NCBI GenBank assembly: GCA_965223665.1
Contig: OZ245011.1
Span: 1,248,001-1,312,000, forward strand
Source of the DNA: Nitrospinaceae bacterium
GTDB taxonomy: Bacteria > Nitrospinota > Nitrospinia > Nitrospinales > Nitrospinaceae
DNA length: 64,000 nucleotides
Direction of reading: 5' to 3'
Part shown: positions 1 through 9,504 of the stretch, piece by piece
Numbering within the stretch: position 1 is the first letter of the stretch
Layout of the letters: each line of letters opens with the position of its first letter
Program-made: the position numbers and the translations under genes
Notes under the pieces: generated by a model
Told to the model about the DNA's origin: nothing
Seen by the model: only the letters and a program-made list of their open reading frames with translations
The model's database searches: none

Positions 1-381
1 GCTTGCTTGGCGTTAGAAACTTTAATGCTAATGGGCTGTAATCCTATTTTACTGATTGGGCAAGATTGCGCTTTTCCGAATCAAAGAAATTATTCTCGAA
101 ATGTAAATAATTACGATTATCAAATCAAGGAAATTTCGCAAGTTAAAACCCTTCAACAATATGGCAACAGAAAAAATGATGAAATTAAAATGATTAAAGT
201 ACCAAGGTTTGATGGGCAAAGTGTAACCACAAATACCATTTTATATAGTTACTTAAGAACTCTAGAACAAATAATTCAATCCAACCCCGGAACTAAAGTA
301 TATAGCTTATGCTCTCATGGCGCAGCAATAGACAACGTAATAAATTTAGGTTCCATCAATGAGTTAATGTATTTGACTTAA
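1..381 (+). CDS. C-terminal part of a DUF115/MptE-like (motility-associated factor, Maf) protein; 5' end lies outside the window
   Basis: Frame is open from base 1; motif MGCNPILLIGQDCAF matches the LG.npIiLiGqD motif of this family. Confidence 0.7.
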   Translation, partial: ACLALETLMLMGCNPILLIGQDCAFPNQRNYSRNVNNYDYQIKEISQVKTLQQYGNRKNDEIKMIKVPRFDGQSVTTNTILYSYLRTLEQIIQSNPGTKVYSLCSHGAAIDNVINLGSINELMYLT

Positions 382-401
382 TCTAAAAGTAAGCTATAAA
401 A

Positions 402-1076
402 ATGATTCAGAATAAATCCCAAGTAAAAATAGCCTTGATTGTTCTAGGTTTTATTTTTTTGACAGTTACTCTTTACCAAGACTACTTTAGAAGCCCCAGT
501 AAAAATATCATCACCCTACCTGATAAAACCAACGATAAAAATTTAGAAAAATTAAATAATTCCAATCAGAATCTTGAAGAAAATATTGAACACAACCATA
601 ATCATGGTCATCAAGAAAAAGATGAGCTGTCGCCTTTTGATAAACTCCCTGCCCCGGCACCGGATCCCATTAAACAAAGAAGAATGGGCATTTTTCACTA
701 TAATGAGGGCAATAAATTCTTAAAGGAAGGAAAATGGAAGCTGGCAATCGAAAACTACGAAATGGCGCTAAGCCATGATAAAGAAATCTATCAGGTCTAC
801 CTAAATATGAGCAATGCTTTCCTTTTGGGTAAACAATGGGACCAAGCTATAAAAACACTAAAAATATTAGAATCCCAAAAACCAAATCTTCCCGCATTAC
901 ATTACAATTTGGCCTGTTATTATTCTCTTACCCAACAAATCGAAAAAAGCTTAACCTCAATACAACAAGCTGTAAACCTAGGATACAAACCCAGAAATGA
1001 TATCTTAATTGACCCAGATTTAGAACCTCTTCGAAAAAGCCAAGCTTTCCAAAAGTGGATTGATAGCGTTAAATAG
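402..1076 (+). CDS. Membrane-anchored TPR protein
   Basis: N-terminal TM helix, His-rich patch (EHNHNHGH), TPR motifs, C-terminal HYNLACYYS...AVNLGY...DPDLEPLR. Confidence 0.8.
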   Translation: MIQNKSQVKIALIVLGFIFLTVTLYQDYFRSPSKNIITLPDKTNDKNLEKLNNSNQNLEENIEHNHNHGHQEKDELSPFDKLPAPAPDPIKQRRMGIFHYNEGNKFLKEGKWKLAIENYEMALSHDKEIYQVYLNMSNAFLLGKQWDQAIKTLKILESQKPNLPALHYNLACYYSLTQQIEKSLTSIQQAVNLGYKPRNDILIDPDLEPLRKSQAFQKWIDSVK

Positions 1077-1084
1077 AAATTAGT

Positions 1085-2269
1085 TCAGGTATTATCTTTA
1101 TCATTAAATTTCGAGGGAACTAAGGACACTTTGCCCTGCTTATTGATAACTAAGCCTAGTTTTCCCTGAAGAATATGATGCAGGTCATCACCTATTAAAT
1201 CTCTTTTCCACCCCCGGAAAAGAGGATGATCCTCTAAATCCTCATCTTGCTCATGCCCTCTTACAAAGGAGTGAATGGTTTTACGGTCAGCCAAAACATT
1301 AGGCTCAATTTTTAATTCTTCTGAACGAATTTGAACGTATGCCGCAATCAACTCTTCAACTCCTCGACTCGTTGAATAGTTGTTGGACTCAGGAATAACT
1401 GGATATTTGTTTTTGGGAACTTCTAATCCTTTTTGAATAGCGTTGATAATTTTATTTCCTTTTGAAGTCACCTCTTTGGGATGTAATCCGCGTATAATTG
1501 ATAACTTCTCAATAGAATCAGGTAAATTGCGTGCCATTTCCAATAAAGGCTCATCTCGAACTACGGCTTTTGCTAAACAATTTCGTTTTTTCGCTTCCTC
1601 CTCTCTCCAAGCTGCGAGTTCCCTTAGAACCGCCAGGTTTTTTGGTTTGAGAGTTCGGTAGTTCTTGATTCTCATAAACTGCTGGTAAGGATCTGGTAGC
1701 TGATAATTCTTTTCATCTTCTAATGGACACAGTTCCTCATAAACCCAATCCACTCTACCCAGTTCATTTAATTTCTCTAATAACCTCCAATACACAGGAA
1801 GTAAATAAAGAACATCGTTCAAGGCATATTCAATCTGACTTTGCCTAAGCGGACGATGGCACCAATCAGAGTAAGTTTCTGACTTACCAATTTTTTTACC
1901 AATTGCTTTATAAACAATTTTGGCAAATGAAATTTGAGTTCCCCACCCCAAAAGTGAGGCAGCCACTTGAGTATCAAAAATAGGACTAACTACCTTGCCA
2001 CACAATCTATAAAGAATTTCAATATCCTGTTTCCCAGCATGGAATACCTTTATCTTATCTTTTTGCTTAAAAACCTCTAATAACGGATTAAGATCCTTTA
2101 TTTTGATAGGATCTACTGCAGCACAAACCCCCTCCCCTGCGACTTGAATTAAACCAAGTCGGTGAAAATAGGTTTTCTCGCGTACAAACTCAGTATCTAT
2201 GGCTAAGACATTACAGTTTTTTAATTGCTCAGCAAGAGAAATTAGTTCTTCTTGAGTGGTCAGGTACAT
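1085..2269 (-). CDS. rnd: Ribonuclease D
   Basis: AIDTEFVREKTY, FHAGKQD, FDTQVAA, SDW..RPL, YALNDV exonuclease motifs plus HRDC domain. Confidence 0.95.
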   Translation of the reverse strand: MYLTTQEELISLAEQLKNCNVLAIDTEFVREKTYFHRLGLIQVAGEGVCAAVDPIKIKDLNPLLEVFKQKDKIKVFHAGKQDIEILYRLCGKVVSPIFDTQVAASLLGWGTQISFAKIVYKAIGKKIGKSETYSDWCHRPLRQSQIEYALNDVLYLLPVYWRLLEKLNELGRVDWVYEELCPLEDEKNYQLPDPYQQFMRIKNYRTLKPKNLAVLRELAAWREEEAKKRNCLAKAVVRDEPLLEMARNLPDSIEKLSIIRGLHPKEVTSKGNKIINAIQKGLEVPKNKYPVIPESNNYSTSRGVEELIAAYVQIRSEELKIEPNVLADRKTIHSFVRGHEQDEDLEDHPLFRGWKRDLIGDDLHHILQGKLGLVINKQGKVSLVPSKFNDKDNT

Positions 2270-2445
2270 TCATTTTCCAGAGGTATTGCAAAATTAAATA
2301 TTCAAATTATTTTTACAAAAATCACTCATTAAAAAATAAATTGAATAAAAAGTGGAAGAAACAATTAATGGCAAAATCAAATTTCTATTATAAAGGTAAG
2401 AATTGGGTTTCCAACCCTGAAAGGATGGGAATAATTTAAGACATG

Positions 2446-2655
2446 TTAATCAAAATTGCTAAAGGGTCTAATGGAAGAACTATTTGAACTTAAAGACCCA
2501 TTTCCATAATTAAAATCTCCTTCTTCAACTTTAAGGTTTCCATAATATTCTTGACCTTGCTTGTCTGTTTTCCAGAATTTCCTACTTAATGATTTTGAAG
2601 ATATTACTTTTTTTAAGGATCCGTCCTTGTTTAAAATTTTTACTTGATAAAACAT
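2446..2655 (-). CDS. Small hypothetical protein (69 aa, MFYQVKILNKDG...)
   Basis: ATG at 2655 with AAAGGG upstream; the longer 2829 start in the ORF track looks like non-coding extension. Confidence 0.55.
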   Translation of the reverse strand: MFYQVKILNKDGSLKKVISSKSLSRKFWKTDKQGQEYYGNLKVEEGDFNYGNGSLSSNSSSIRPFSNFD

Positions 2656-2917
2656 AGTATGCCCTTTCAAAGAGGTTAAATAATTAAATAGAAAGGACTC
2701 ACCATCTCCCAATTTCTCTTTAAAAATAATGCAATGCAACTCATACTGGTTTACATTGCATGCCAAGAAAATAGTAATAATTGGGTCAATTGTCAAGTAA
2801 ATAAATACCCAAATTACGAAAAATTCCACTACCGATTTTTAATATAAGCTCCAATTTTTCATTTTAATTGAGTTTTTCTAAAATGAATTGGTTAAATCAG
2901 TTGATTCAGATTTCGCA

Positions 2918-2946
2918 TTGACTTTTTGGGTAGAATCTCATAAGTT
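2918..2946 (+). promoter_or_regulatory. Putative sigma70 promoter for tsaB
   Basis: TTGACT-N17-TAAGTT. Confidence 0.4.
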
Positions 2947-3015
2947 AGAGCAATAAACAGAGGTTCAGTGGAATCCAGTAAAACATTTGGGAATGTCTGG
3001 GTTTTAAGGCAATTA

Positions 3016-3720
3016 ATGATGAAAATTTTAGGAATAGACTCCTCCACTCCTCAAAGTAACGTTGCCCTCCTGTTAAATCAGAAAGATTTATATAAAATTA
3101 ACTCCAGTGACAATACAAAGGGATCCCGAACTGTATTGAATATGATAGATAGTGTTTTAACCCAGGCCAAATTAAGTATCCAAGAGATAGATTGCTTTAC
3201 AGTCACTACGGGACCAGGGTCTTTTACCGGCTTACGAGTGGGAATCAGTTTAATTAAAGGATTTGTGTTAGTAACGAAAAAGCCATTTATAGGAATCAGT
3301 ACCTTAAAGGCTATAGCTAATCTAATCAAGCCTTGCTCCCAACCTATTTGCTCAATTTTAGATGCCCGCAAGCAACAGTTGTATGCAGGATTGTACCAAC
3401 ATAAAAATAAAGAACCTAAAGCCCTCAGGCCGGAAAGTGCTATTTACCCGGAAGAATTAAATGATTGGATTAAAGAACCTACTTATTTTATTGGGTCGGG
3501 CCTGAAATCATACAAGGAACAATTAAAGTCACTGTTAGGAGAAAACTTTTTGGATGCTCCTATGTTAAATGATTGGAATATTGCTTCCTCTGCAATTCAT
3601 TTAGCGCGAGAAAACATTGACACTGAAAAAAACTATAACCTAAATTCTTTAAAAATTAGTTACCTTAGAAAATCAGAAGCTGAGATTAACCTTAATCCAC
3701 TTGCCACGAAAGGAGATTAA
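3016..3720 (+). CDS. tsaB: tRNA threonylcarbamoyladenosine biosynthesis protein TsaB
   Basis: MKILGIDSS start, GPGSFTGLRVG, DARK motifs. Confidence 0.95.
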   Translation: MMKILGIDSSTPQSNVALLLNQKDLYKINSSDNTKGSRTVLNMIDSVLTQAKLSIQEIDCFTVTTGPGSFTGLRVGISLIKGFVLVTKKPFIGISTLKAIANLIKPCSQPICSILDARKQQLYAGLYQHKNKEPKALRPESAIYPEELNDWIKEPTYFIGSGLKSYKEQLKSLLGENFLDAPMLNDWNIASSAIHLARENIDTEKNYNLNSLKISYLRKSEAEINLNPLATKGD

Positions 3721-3723
3721 GCC

Positions 3724-3951
3724 ATGGAAATTGATAATGAGTTGCTGGAAAAAGTGAAAAGTAGCAACGCTGAGTTCAAACAACTCTTTGATGAACATAC
3801 TGAATTAAAGTCTAGAGTTGAAGAGTTAAACAAACTAAAATTTCTTACCCCAGAGCAAGAACTCGAAAAGAAAAAAATCCAAAAACAAAAATTGAAAAAT
3901 AAAGATCGAATGGACACAATTATTGGAGAATATCACTCTAGCCTGCACTAG
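3724..3951 (+). CDS. DUF465/YdcH family coiled-coil protein
   Basis: FKQLFDEHTEL...KKQKLKNKD-type pattern; AGGAG RBS. Confidence 0.8.
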   Translation: MEIDNELLEKVKSSNAEFKQLFDEHTELKSRVEELNKLKFLTPEQELEKKKIQKQKLKNKDRMDTIIGEYHSSLH

Positions 3952-3991
3952 AATTCTCTAACAGACTTTTTCGTAATTTCGGGGAGCCGCG

Positions 3992-5254
3992 CTAGGTCGG
4001 CTCTACCGAATACTTTTTCATTGGCTTTTTATTAAACGAATAACCAACCACAGCCCTTAAAAGCTTAAATAAATATCTGTAATTAACCACCTCTTCCGCG
4101 GGAATGTAATCTCCAATTACCCCCACCAATAGATTAGCCAGATTTTTATTCTGAGAAATAGTATTAACTACTAGATTGCTCAATGCAGGAGAATAAATAA
4201 TTTTTTGTAAAATTTTACTTAAAAGAAACTTATTACTGAACTCTTTTTCTCGAGCCATTTCATATCTTTTAAGAAACGATTGCGAATAATCCTTCTCCAT
4301 TAAACTTTGATGAATTGTATTAGCAGCAAGTTGGGAACTACGTAAAGAAAGATAAATTCCTTCTCCAGTAAAGGGGTCAATAAAACCCATTGCATCCCCT
4401 ACCAAAACCAATCCATCCAACAGGTTAGGTCCAACATCAAAGGCCAGGGTATCTACAATTCGAACAGGGCTAATTAATTTTGCTTTCAGAAAAAACTCTT
4501 TACGAAGAGGATTACGATTCAATATCTCACAATATAGTTTTTCAGGATCTCTTCCCTTTACTAATTCAGAATCCAAAATTAATACCACGTTACCAAGCCC
4601 GTCCCCCATCGGAGCCATTCCAGAATAACCTGGATTGCTTATATGCATGTAACAATAAGGACCCGGAAAACTCAAATCCTCCCAATGAGCTGCCAGGGCA
4701 ACTTTACCTGCTCCTTTTTGAGATCTTTTCAATTTGAACTTTCTTAGTGAGATCGCATTTCTACCACCAGCATCAACAACAATAGCAGCCTTAATTTCAG
4801 TTCGCCCGTTTGGCCCAATCACTCTTACTCCATTCACTCGATTTTCTTCGATTAAAATATCTTCTACTCGATGACGAGGAAGAAACTCAATTCCTCTTTC
4901 ACACATTTTTTCAACCAAGATACGATCAAAGTTAAATCGAGGTAAAGAAAGACTGGTAGGTATTTTCCCTGTCTTGGGATGTATTGGATAGTCTAATTCC
5001 AACTCTGAATTTCCATAAGAGGAAATGGCCACTCCGCGGAGACGATTTGAGGACGAAGCTTCTACCGATTTCAAAACCTCTAAATCATTTAATATGGAAT
5101 CAGCAGCAGGACTGATAAATTCTCCACAAACTTTATCTCTAGGGAAATCTGCTTGATCTAATACCAAGACCTTATGCCCCATGGAATGAAGAAACATGGA
5201 ACAACTCGATCCAGCAGGGCCAGCTCCAATTATAATTACATCATAACTAATCAT
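3992..5254 (-). CDS. FAD-dependent oxidoreductase, geranylgeranyl reductase-like family
   Basis: GAGPAG, FPRDKVCGEFISP, DAGGR, VGDAMGFIDPFTGEGI. Confidence 0.9.
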   Translation of the reverse strand: MISYDVIIIGAGPAGSSCSMFLHSMGHKVLVLDQADFPRDKVCGEFISPAADSILNDLEVLKSVEASSSNRLRGVAISSYGNSELELDYPIHPKTGKIPTSLSLPRFNFDRILVEKMCERGIEFLPRHRVEDILIEENRVNGVRVIGPNGRTEIKAAIVVDAGGRNAISLRKFKLKRSQKGAGKVALAAHWEDLSFPGPYCYMHISNPGYSGMAPMGDGLGNVVLILDSELVKGRDPEKLYCEILNRNPLRKEFFLKAKLISPVRIVDTLAFDVGPNLLDGLVLVGDAMGFIDPFTGEGIYLSLRSSQLAANTIHQSLMEKDYSQSFLKRYEMAREKEFSNKFLLSKILQKIIYSPALSNLVVNTISQNKNLANLLVGVIGDYIPAEEVVNYRYLFKLLRAVVGYSFNKKPMKKYSVEPT

Positions 5255-5272
5255 TGTTCATTAAGAATATAT

Positions 5273-5986
5273 TCAGTTTTTATTCTCTACTAAAGCCAGG
5301 CGATAAGGAAAGTGCCTAACCACCTTAAAATGTTTCCAACCCGCTTCTTTAGCTAATTTATTTAATTCGTTTGGGGTGAAAGCATTCATTACCGAAACCG
5401 GAGCATCAAAACGAGTAAGTCGATTTTTAGTTAGTAATCGTGTCAAAATCCAAATTGCCCCAAATGCAATTCTGCTTCTATGCAAATCATTTATGACAAC
5501 AGCTTTCCGAGCTAACCTTGAGAATTCTTTAAGCATTATCAGAGCATTCTCCCAGGAAAAATGATGAAGAGAAAGAGAGTTGACAACAAGATCAAAACTT
5601 TCGGACTTAAATGGAAGGGATAATACATTGCACTGAAGAAACCGAATTTCTTGATACTTTCGAGATTCCTGCCTGGCAAAACTAATCATTTTAGCATTGA
5701 TATCTATGGCTGTGACTTTTATGGGAACACCCAGATTTCGCGCATACTTCACCAGAGCAATAGGTTGATCCGCAGAACCTGTTGCAGCATCTAAGATTGA
5801 AATGGGATGTGATTCGGAATGGCTTTTTAAAAAAGGCATTACATGATTCAATAAAACCTTATAACCGCTTAGGTATTTATTGACAAGCTGGACATCTTTC
5901 AGGCTATCTTTAACTTCCTCAAAAGGAGCTTGATCCAGGTCTAATAATTCTGGTTGTAAATTTCGTGGCGGAGAAGAAAAAAACAT
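5273..5986 (-). CDS. Class I SAM-dependent methyltransferase
   Basis: ELLD N-terminal motif, LDAATGSAD, SLSLHHF, INDLHRS, DAPVSV..AF. Confidence 0.9.
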   Translation of the reverse strand: MFFSSPPRNLQPELLDLDQAPFEEVKDSLKDVQLVNKYLSGYKVLLNHVMPFLKSHSESHPISILDAATGSADQPIALVKYARNLGVPIKVTAIDINAKMISFARQESRKYQEIRFLQCNVLSLPFKSESFDLVVNSLSLHHFSWENALIMLKEFSRLARKAVVINDLHRSRIAFGAIWILTRLLTKNRLTRFDAPVSVMNAFTPNELNKLAKEAGWKHFKVVRHFPYRLALVENKN

Positions 5987-6027
5987 AGCTTGATAATTTC
6001 ATTGTTGAAAAAAACACCGAGAAAAAT

Positions 6028-6423
6028 CTAATTTTTAAAGAAAAACCAGTTTTCGCCTCGAGACATTTTGCTCCGAAAGAAACTCATTGCAATTTTTTTT
6101 GCTATAAAACGTGTTTTTGGAAAAATGATAATCAAACCTATGAAATCGGTTATAATCCCTGGCGTTAAGAGTAGTGAGCTTCCAATTTTCATTATGGCTC
6201 CATTTACTACCTCCTCGGGTGGGTTCTGTCTCGACTTCAAATGCCAAACCATTTTTTCTTGCCATTCGGGTCCATAACCTCTTCCAATAATAACGCCTAC
6301 CAATAAAGTAAACATGCAAAGAGAAATTGTATTCATTGTGCTAATCATGGACCCCATCCAAGCTAAAGAATACATTTCAACCACAGAACCTAATATAAAA
6401 ACCAAAGCCACTATCAATGACAT
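6028..6423 (-). CDS. fxsA: FxsA family membrane protein
   Basis: VE at the end of TM1, LLLTPGIITDFIGL motif. Confidence 0.85.
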   Translation of the reverse strand: MSLIVALVFILGSVVEMYSLAWMGSMISTMNTISLCMFTLLVGVIIGRGYGPEWQEKMVWHLKSRQNPPEEVVNGAIMKIGSSLLLTPGIITDFIGLIIIFPKTRFIAKKIAMSFFRSKMSRGENWFFFKN

Positions 6424-6694
6424 ATTCTGCCTTTCTTAAACCCAAAAAAGTTAAATAAATTAAGAAAATACTTTATTTTTCTAATAAAAACCCCATTAAT
6501 AAATTTGATTCATTTTTCCAGCCCGAAAACACATACACACTTTCAATCTTTGTACGAAATCCCATATTTTTTGCTTTTATCACCTTAAAACCACCCTTTT
6601 TTGTAACTTTTAGAACAACTTGAAAAATAAAGATTTATTTGAATTTAAAATCAAATTAAATAAATTATTGCGAAAAACGTCGTAATCCAATAAT

Positions 6695-6710
6695 TGGTAA
6701 CATATTTGCA
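6695..6710 (+). promoter_or_regulatory. Putative sigma54 (-24/-12) promoter
   Basis: TGGTAACATATTTGCA with GG-N10-GC spacing, about 78 nt upstream of the 6788 ORF. Confidence 0.55.
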
Positions 6711-6787
6711 ACAGATGGTAATTCAAAGTTTTTGGAGGGAGGCTTTGTGATCTGTTTTATTTAATTTCTATTGGGGCGGCCTCAATT

Positions 6788-7177
6788 ATGAGGGCATTAA
6801 TAATTGATCAAGATCACGAATTTTGCAATATCCTTTCCCAAACTTTAAAAAATTTAGGTTGTCAATTAGACAATCCTATTAAAGCTGAAGATATTCTTCA
6901 AGCCCTCCTGAATGAAAACTACGATATTATCTTTTTCCATCAAATCCCCTTGGAAAATTTGGATAAGAATTTAATCTTAAAAACAATCAAAAGTAGAGAT
7001 CGATTATTTGCTTGCCACACCCAACTGGTAGCTCTGTATAACAAAGAAAATTCTGAAAATAGTTTCTCTCAACAGTTTGACTCTTCCCTGGATAAAAACC
7101 TCTTCAAAAAATGTCATCAAACTTTTCAGCAAGAGATTGCAAAAATAGTTCAACAAATTTCCCATTCCCAAATATAA
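6788..7177 (+). CDS. Degenerate (pseudo-)receiver domain protein
   Basis: MRALIIDQD and YDIIFF fit a receiver fold, but the phospho-Asp position is His and no KP motif is evident. Confidence 0.6.
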   Translation: MRALIIDQDHEFCNILSQTLKNLGCQLDNPIKAEDILQALLNENYDIIFFHQIPLENLDKNLILKTIKSRDRLFACHTQLVALYNKENSENSFSQQFDSSLDKNLFKKCHQTFQQEIAKIVQQISHSQI

Positions 7178-7179
7178 AC

Positions 7180-8004
7180 TCACAAATTAAAATTTGCCGC
7201 TTCGGCTAAAAACGAAAAGATTGCATTAAGCGCTTCATCTTGATTCTTAAAATTTTTCATGTCTCTTTTTTCGGGTCTCAGGTCATTGTGTCGATTAATA
7301 AAATCTTTCCGGAATTTTTCATAACCCTCCTTATTAGAATATTTATATTCTTTTAGAAGTCTCGCCCCCTTGTTTCCCCCAACCCCATTAATAGAATGAC
7401 AAAACAAACAATTATCAAAAAACATTTCCTTGCCACTTTGGGCATTATTTGAACTTAAAGCCACTTTTTCAATTGGACCGTAATACTCCTTCAATGAAAT
7501 AAAATTTAACCGATTTATGTTTGCAGCCATAAACCGCTCCTGCAAAGGCGCATTTACCCCATCCGGAACTATTATTAATAAGGGATTTAACCATGAAGGT
7601 TTTTTAGAAGTTTTAAGGTCTATATTTATAGCAAGCTTTAAATTATATTTATGGATATCCTCGACGGAAACCACGCCTTGATAATCATCCCTACAATCTA
7701 ATAAAACTGCATCGGTTCCACCCTTGACCTTACTTTCCAGGACTAAATCGGAAAAAGATACCACCTTAAACCTAGCCCCTTTGTATCCCATACCCCTCTC
7801 AAAATAGGCACTGGATATCCACTTTTTGGAAAGGGATTGTAATACCGGTATTTCCTTTAAAATGCTCTTCTCAATTAAGTCATTATCGGGAGATGGAGCA
7901 GATCCCAAATTTCCACATCCGCAAAGAAAAAATAAGGCCAATACCAACAAAATCATATTCCTGTAAAAGTAATGAACCATATTTTTTGTGAATCCTTTTA
8001 CCAA
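7180..8004 (-). CDS. Lipoprotein c-type cytochrome with an N-terminal sulfite-oxidase-fold-like domain
   Basis: Lipobox-like FLCGC, single CLFCH heme motif, CRDDY...PLLIIVP; true start probably 7980 or 7956. Confidence 0.75.
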   Translation of the reverse strand: MVKGFTKNMVHYFYRNMILLVLALFFLCGCGNLGSAPSPDNDLIEKSILKEIPVLQSLSKKWISSAYFERGMGYKGARFKVVSFSDLVLESKVKGGTDAVLLDCRDDYQGVVSVEDIHKYNLKLAINIDLKTSKKPSWLNPLLIIVPDGVNAPLQERFMAANINRLNFISLKEYYGPIEKVALSSNNAQSGKEMFFDNCLFCHSINGVGGNKGARLLKEYKYSNKEGYEKFRKDFINRHNDLRPEKRDMKNFKNQDEALNAIFSFLAEAANFNL

Positions 8005-8111
8005 ATCTACCTTCCAAACTCTTTTTTATGTTAAGATTTGAACCAAATCAGCAATTCACCTTTATTTAAAGGCTTAAGTAGCAGGGAATTGTATTATTAA
8101 TTAGCAAGGAC

Positions 8112-9467
8112 ATGCAGTTTACCATGAATAATTCGGTAATAGATAAAGATACCCCAACAAATAGCAATCAATTCCGCGCTTATTCCATTTCCTGGAATAT
8201 CACAAAACGTTGCAATCTAAATTGTGATCATTGCTATTTAGATGCAGATTTTCGAGGCGGGTTCAAATCTGATGAGCTTACAACAGAAGAGTGTTTTCGT
8301 GTTATAGACCAAATTGCAGAGGTTAACCCTAATGCATTTCTTATTCTAACTGGGGGCGAACCTTTATTACGTCCAGATATATATGAGATTACTCGCTATG
8401 CAGCCGATAAAAAGTTCATGGTGGTTTTAGGAACTAACGGAACCATGATCACTCGCCAAAATGCTGAAAAAATCAAGGAAGCTGGTGCCCATGGCGTGGG
8501 AATAAGCATTGATTCTATGGATCCTGAAAAACACAATCAATTTCGAGGAGTGACCCAGGCTTGGGAACGCTCAATGGATGCATTTAATATTCTCAACGAT
8601 GTTGGTGTAGATTTTCTTATTCAAATGTCCGTATCTGATATGAATTATAAGGAAATTCCGCAAATTATAGAGTTTTCTGAAAAAATTGGAGCCGTGGCCT
8701 TTAATCTATATTTTTTAGTTTGCACAGGACGAGGCCAGGGTAATACTGACATATCCAATGAGGCTTACGAAGAGGCCCTTAAAATCCTTTATGATCAGCA
8801 AATGAAGTACAAAGGTCGGCTCATGATTAATTCCAAATGTGCCCCTCAATACAAGCGTGTGGTGTATGAAAATGACCCCGACTCGGTATATCAGAGAACC
8901 TATTCGGGCGGTTGTCCAGCAGGAACCCATTACAGCCGTATCAGTCCTGAAGGTAATTTAACCCCATGTCCTTTCATTGTGGAATCTGTTGGAAATCTAA
9001 AAGAAAGCTCCTTTAAAAACTTATGGTTTGATGCACCTCTTATGAAGCAATTGCGTGATCGATCTCAATTAGAAGACCGCTGTGGTAATTGTGAGTTTTC
9101 CGCGATGTGTTCTGGTTGCCGTGCACGTGCCTTTGCCGAGACTGGTAATTATATGGCTCAGGATCCTTCCTGTGATTATGAGCCAGGACAAAATGGGGGG
9201 AAATCCATTGAACTTAAAGTTGAAGACACATTAGGTCTTGAAGTTGAATATCGCCAGAAATGGACCGACGAAGCCAAACAACGATTAGACCGAATTCCCT
9301 CTTTTGCCAGGGGTATGGTTGTGCAAGGAATCGAAAAGTTTGCGACTGAACGTGGCGTAGCTTTAATTGATGAACATGTGGTGCAAAAATCCCGTGAAGA
9401 AATGATAACCAAACGGGGTGCAATGTTTCCCTTCCTTAAAAAGTTTATCAATTCAGAAAAACTTTAA
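8112..9467 (+). CDS. Radical SAM/SPASM enzyme, AhbD/NirJ-like (heme biosynthesis), with C-terminal PCP_red-like domain
   Basis: WNITKRCNLNCDHC, TGGEPLLRPD, LVCTGRG, SPASM CPAG...PCP...CGNCEFSAMCSGCRARA...DPSC; tail WTDEAKQRLDRIPSFAR. Confidence 0.8.
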   Translation: MQFTMNNSVIDKDTPTNSNQFRAYSISWNITKRCNLNCDHCYLDADFRGGFKSDELTTEECFRVIDQIAEVNPNAFLILTGGEPLLRPDIYEITRYAADKKFMVVLGTNGTMITRQNAEKIKEAGAHGVGISIDSMDPEKHNQFRGVTQAWERSMDAFNILNDVGVDFLIQMSVSDMNYKEIPQIIEFSEKIGAVAFNLYFLVCTGRGQGNTDISNEAYEEALKILYDQQMKYKGRLMINSKCAPQYKRVVYENDPDSVYQRTYSGGCPAGTHYSRISPEGNLTPCPFIVESVGNLKESSFKNLWFDAPLMKQLRDRSQLEDRCGNCEFSAMCSGCRARAFAETGNYMAQDPSCDYEPGQNGGKSIELKVEDTLGLEVEYRQKWTDEAKQRLDRIPSFARGMVVQGIEKFATERGVALIDEHVVQKSREEMITKRGAMFPFLKKFINSEKL

Positions 9468-9504
9468 AAAAACAGACCAGTAATTTATTACTATTTTCCT
9501 TTCC

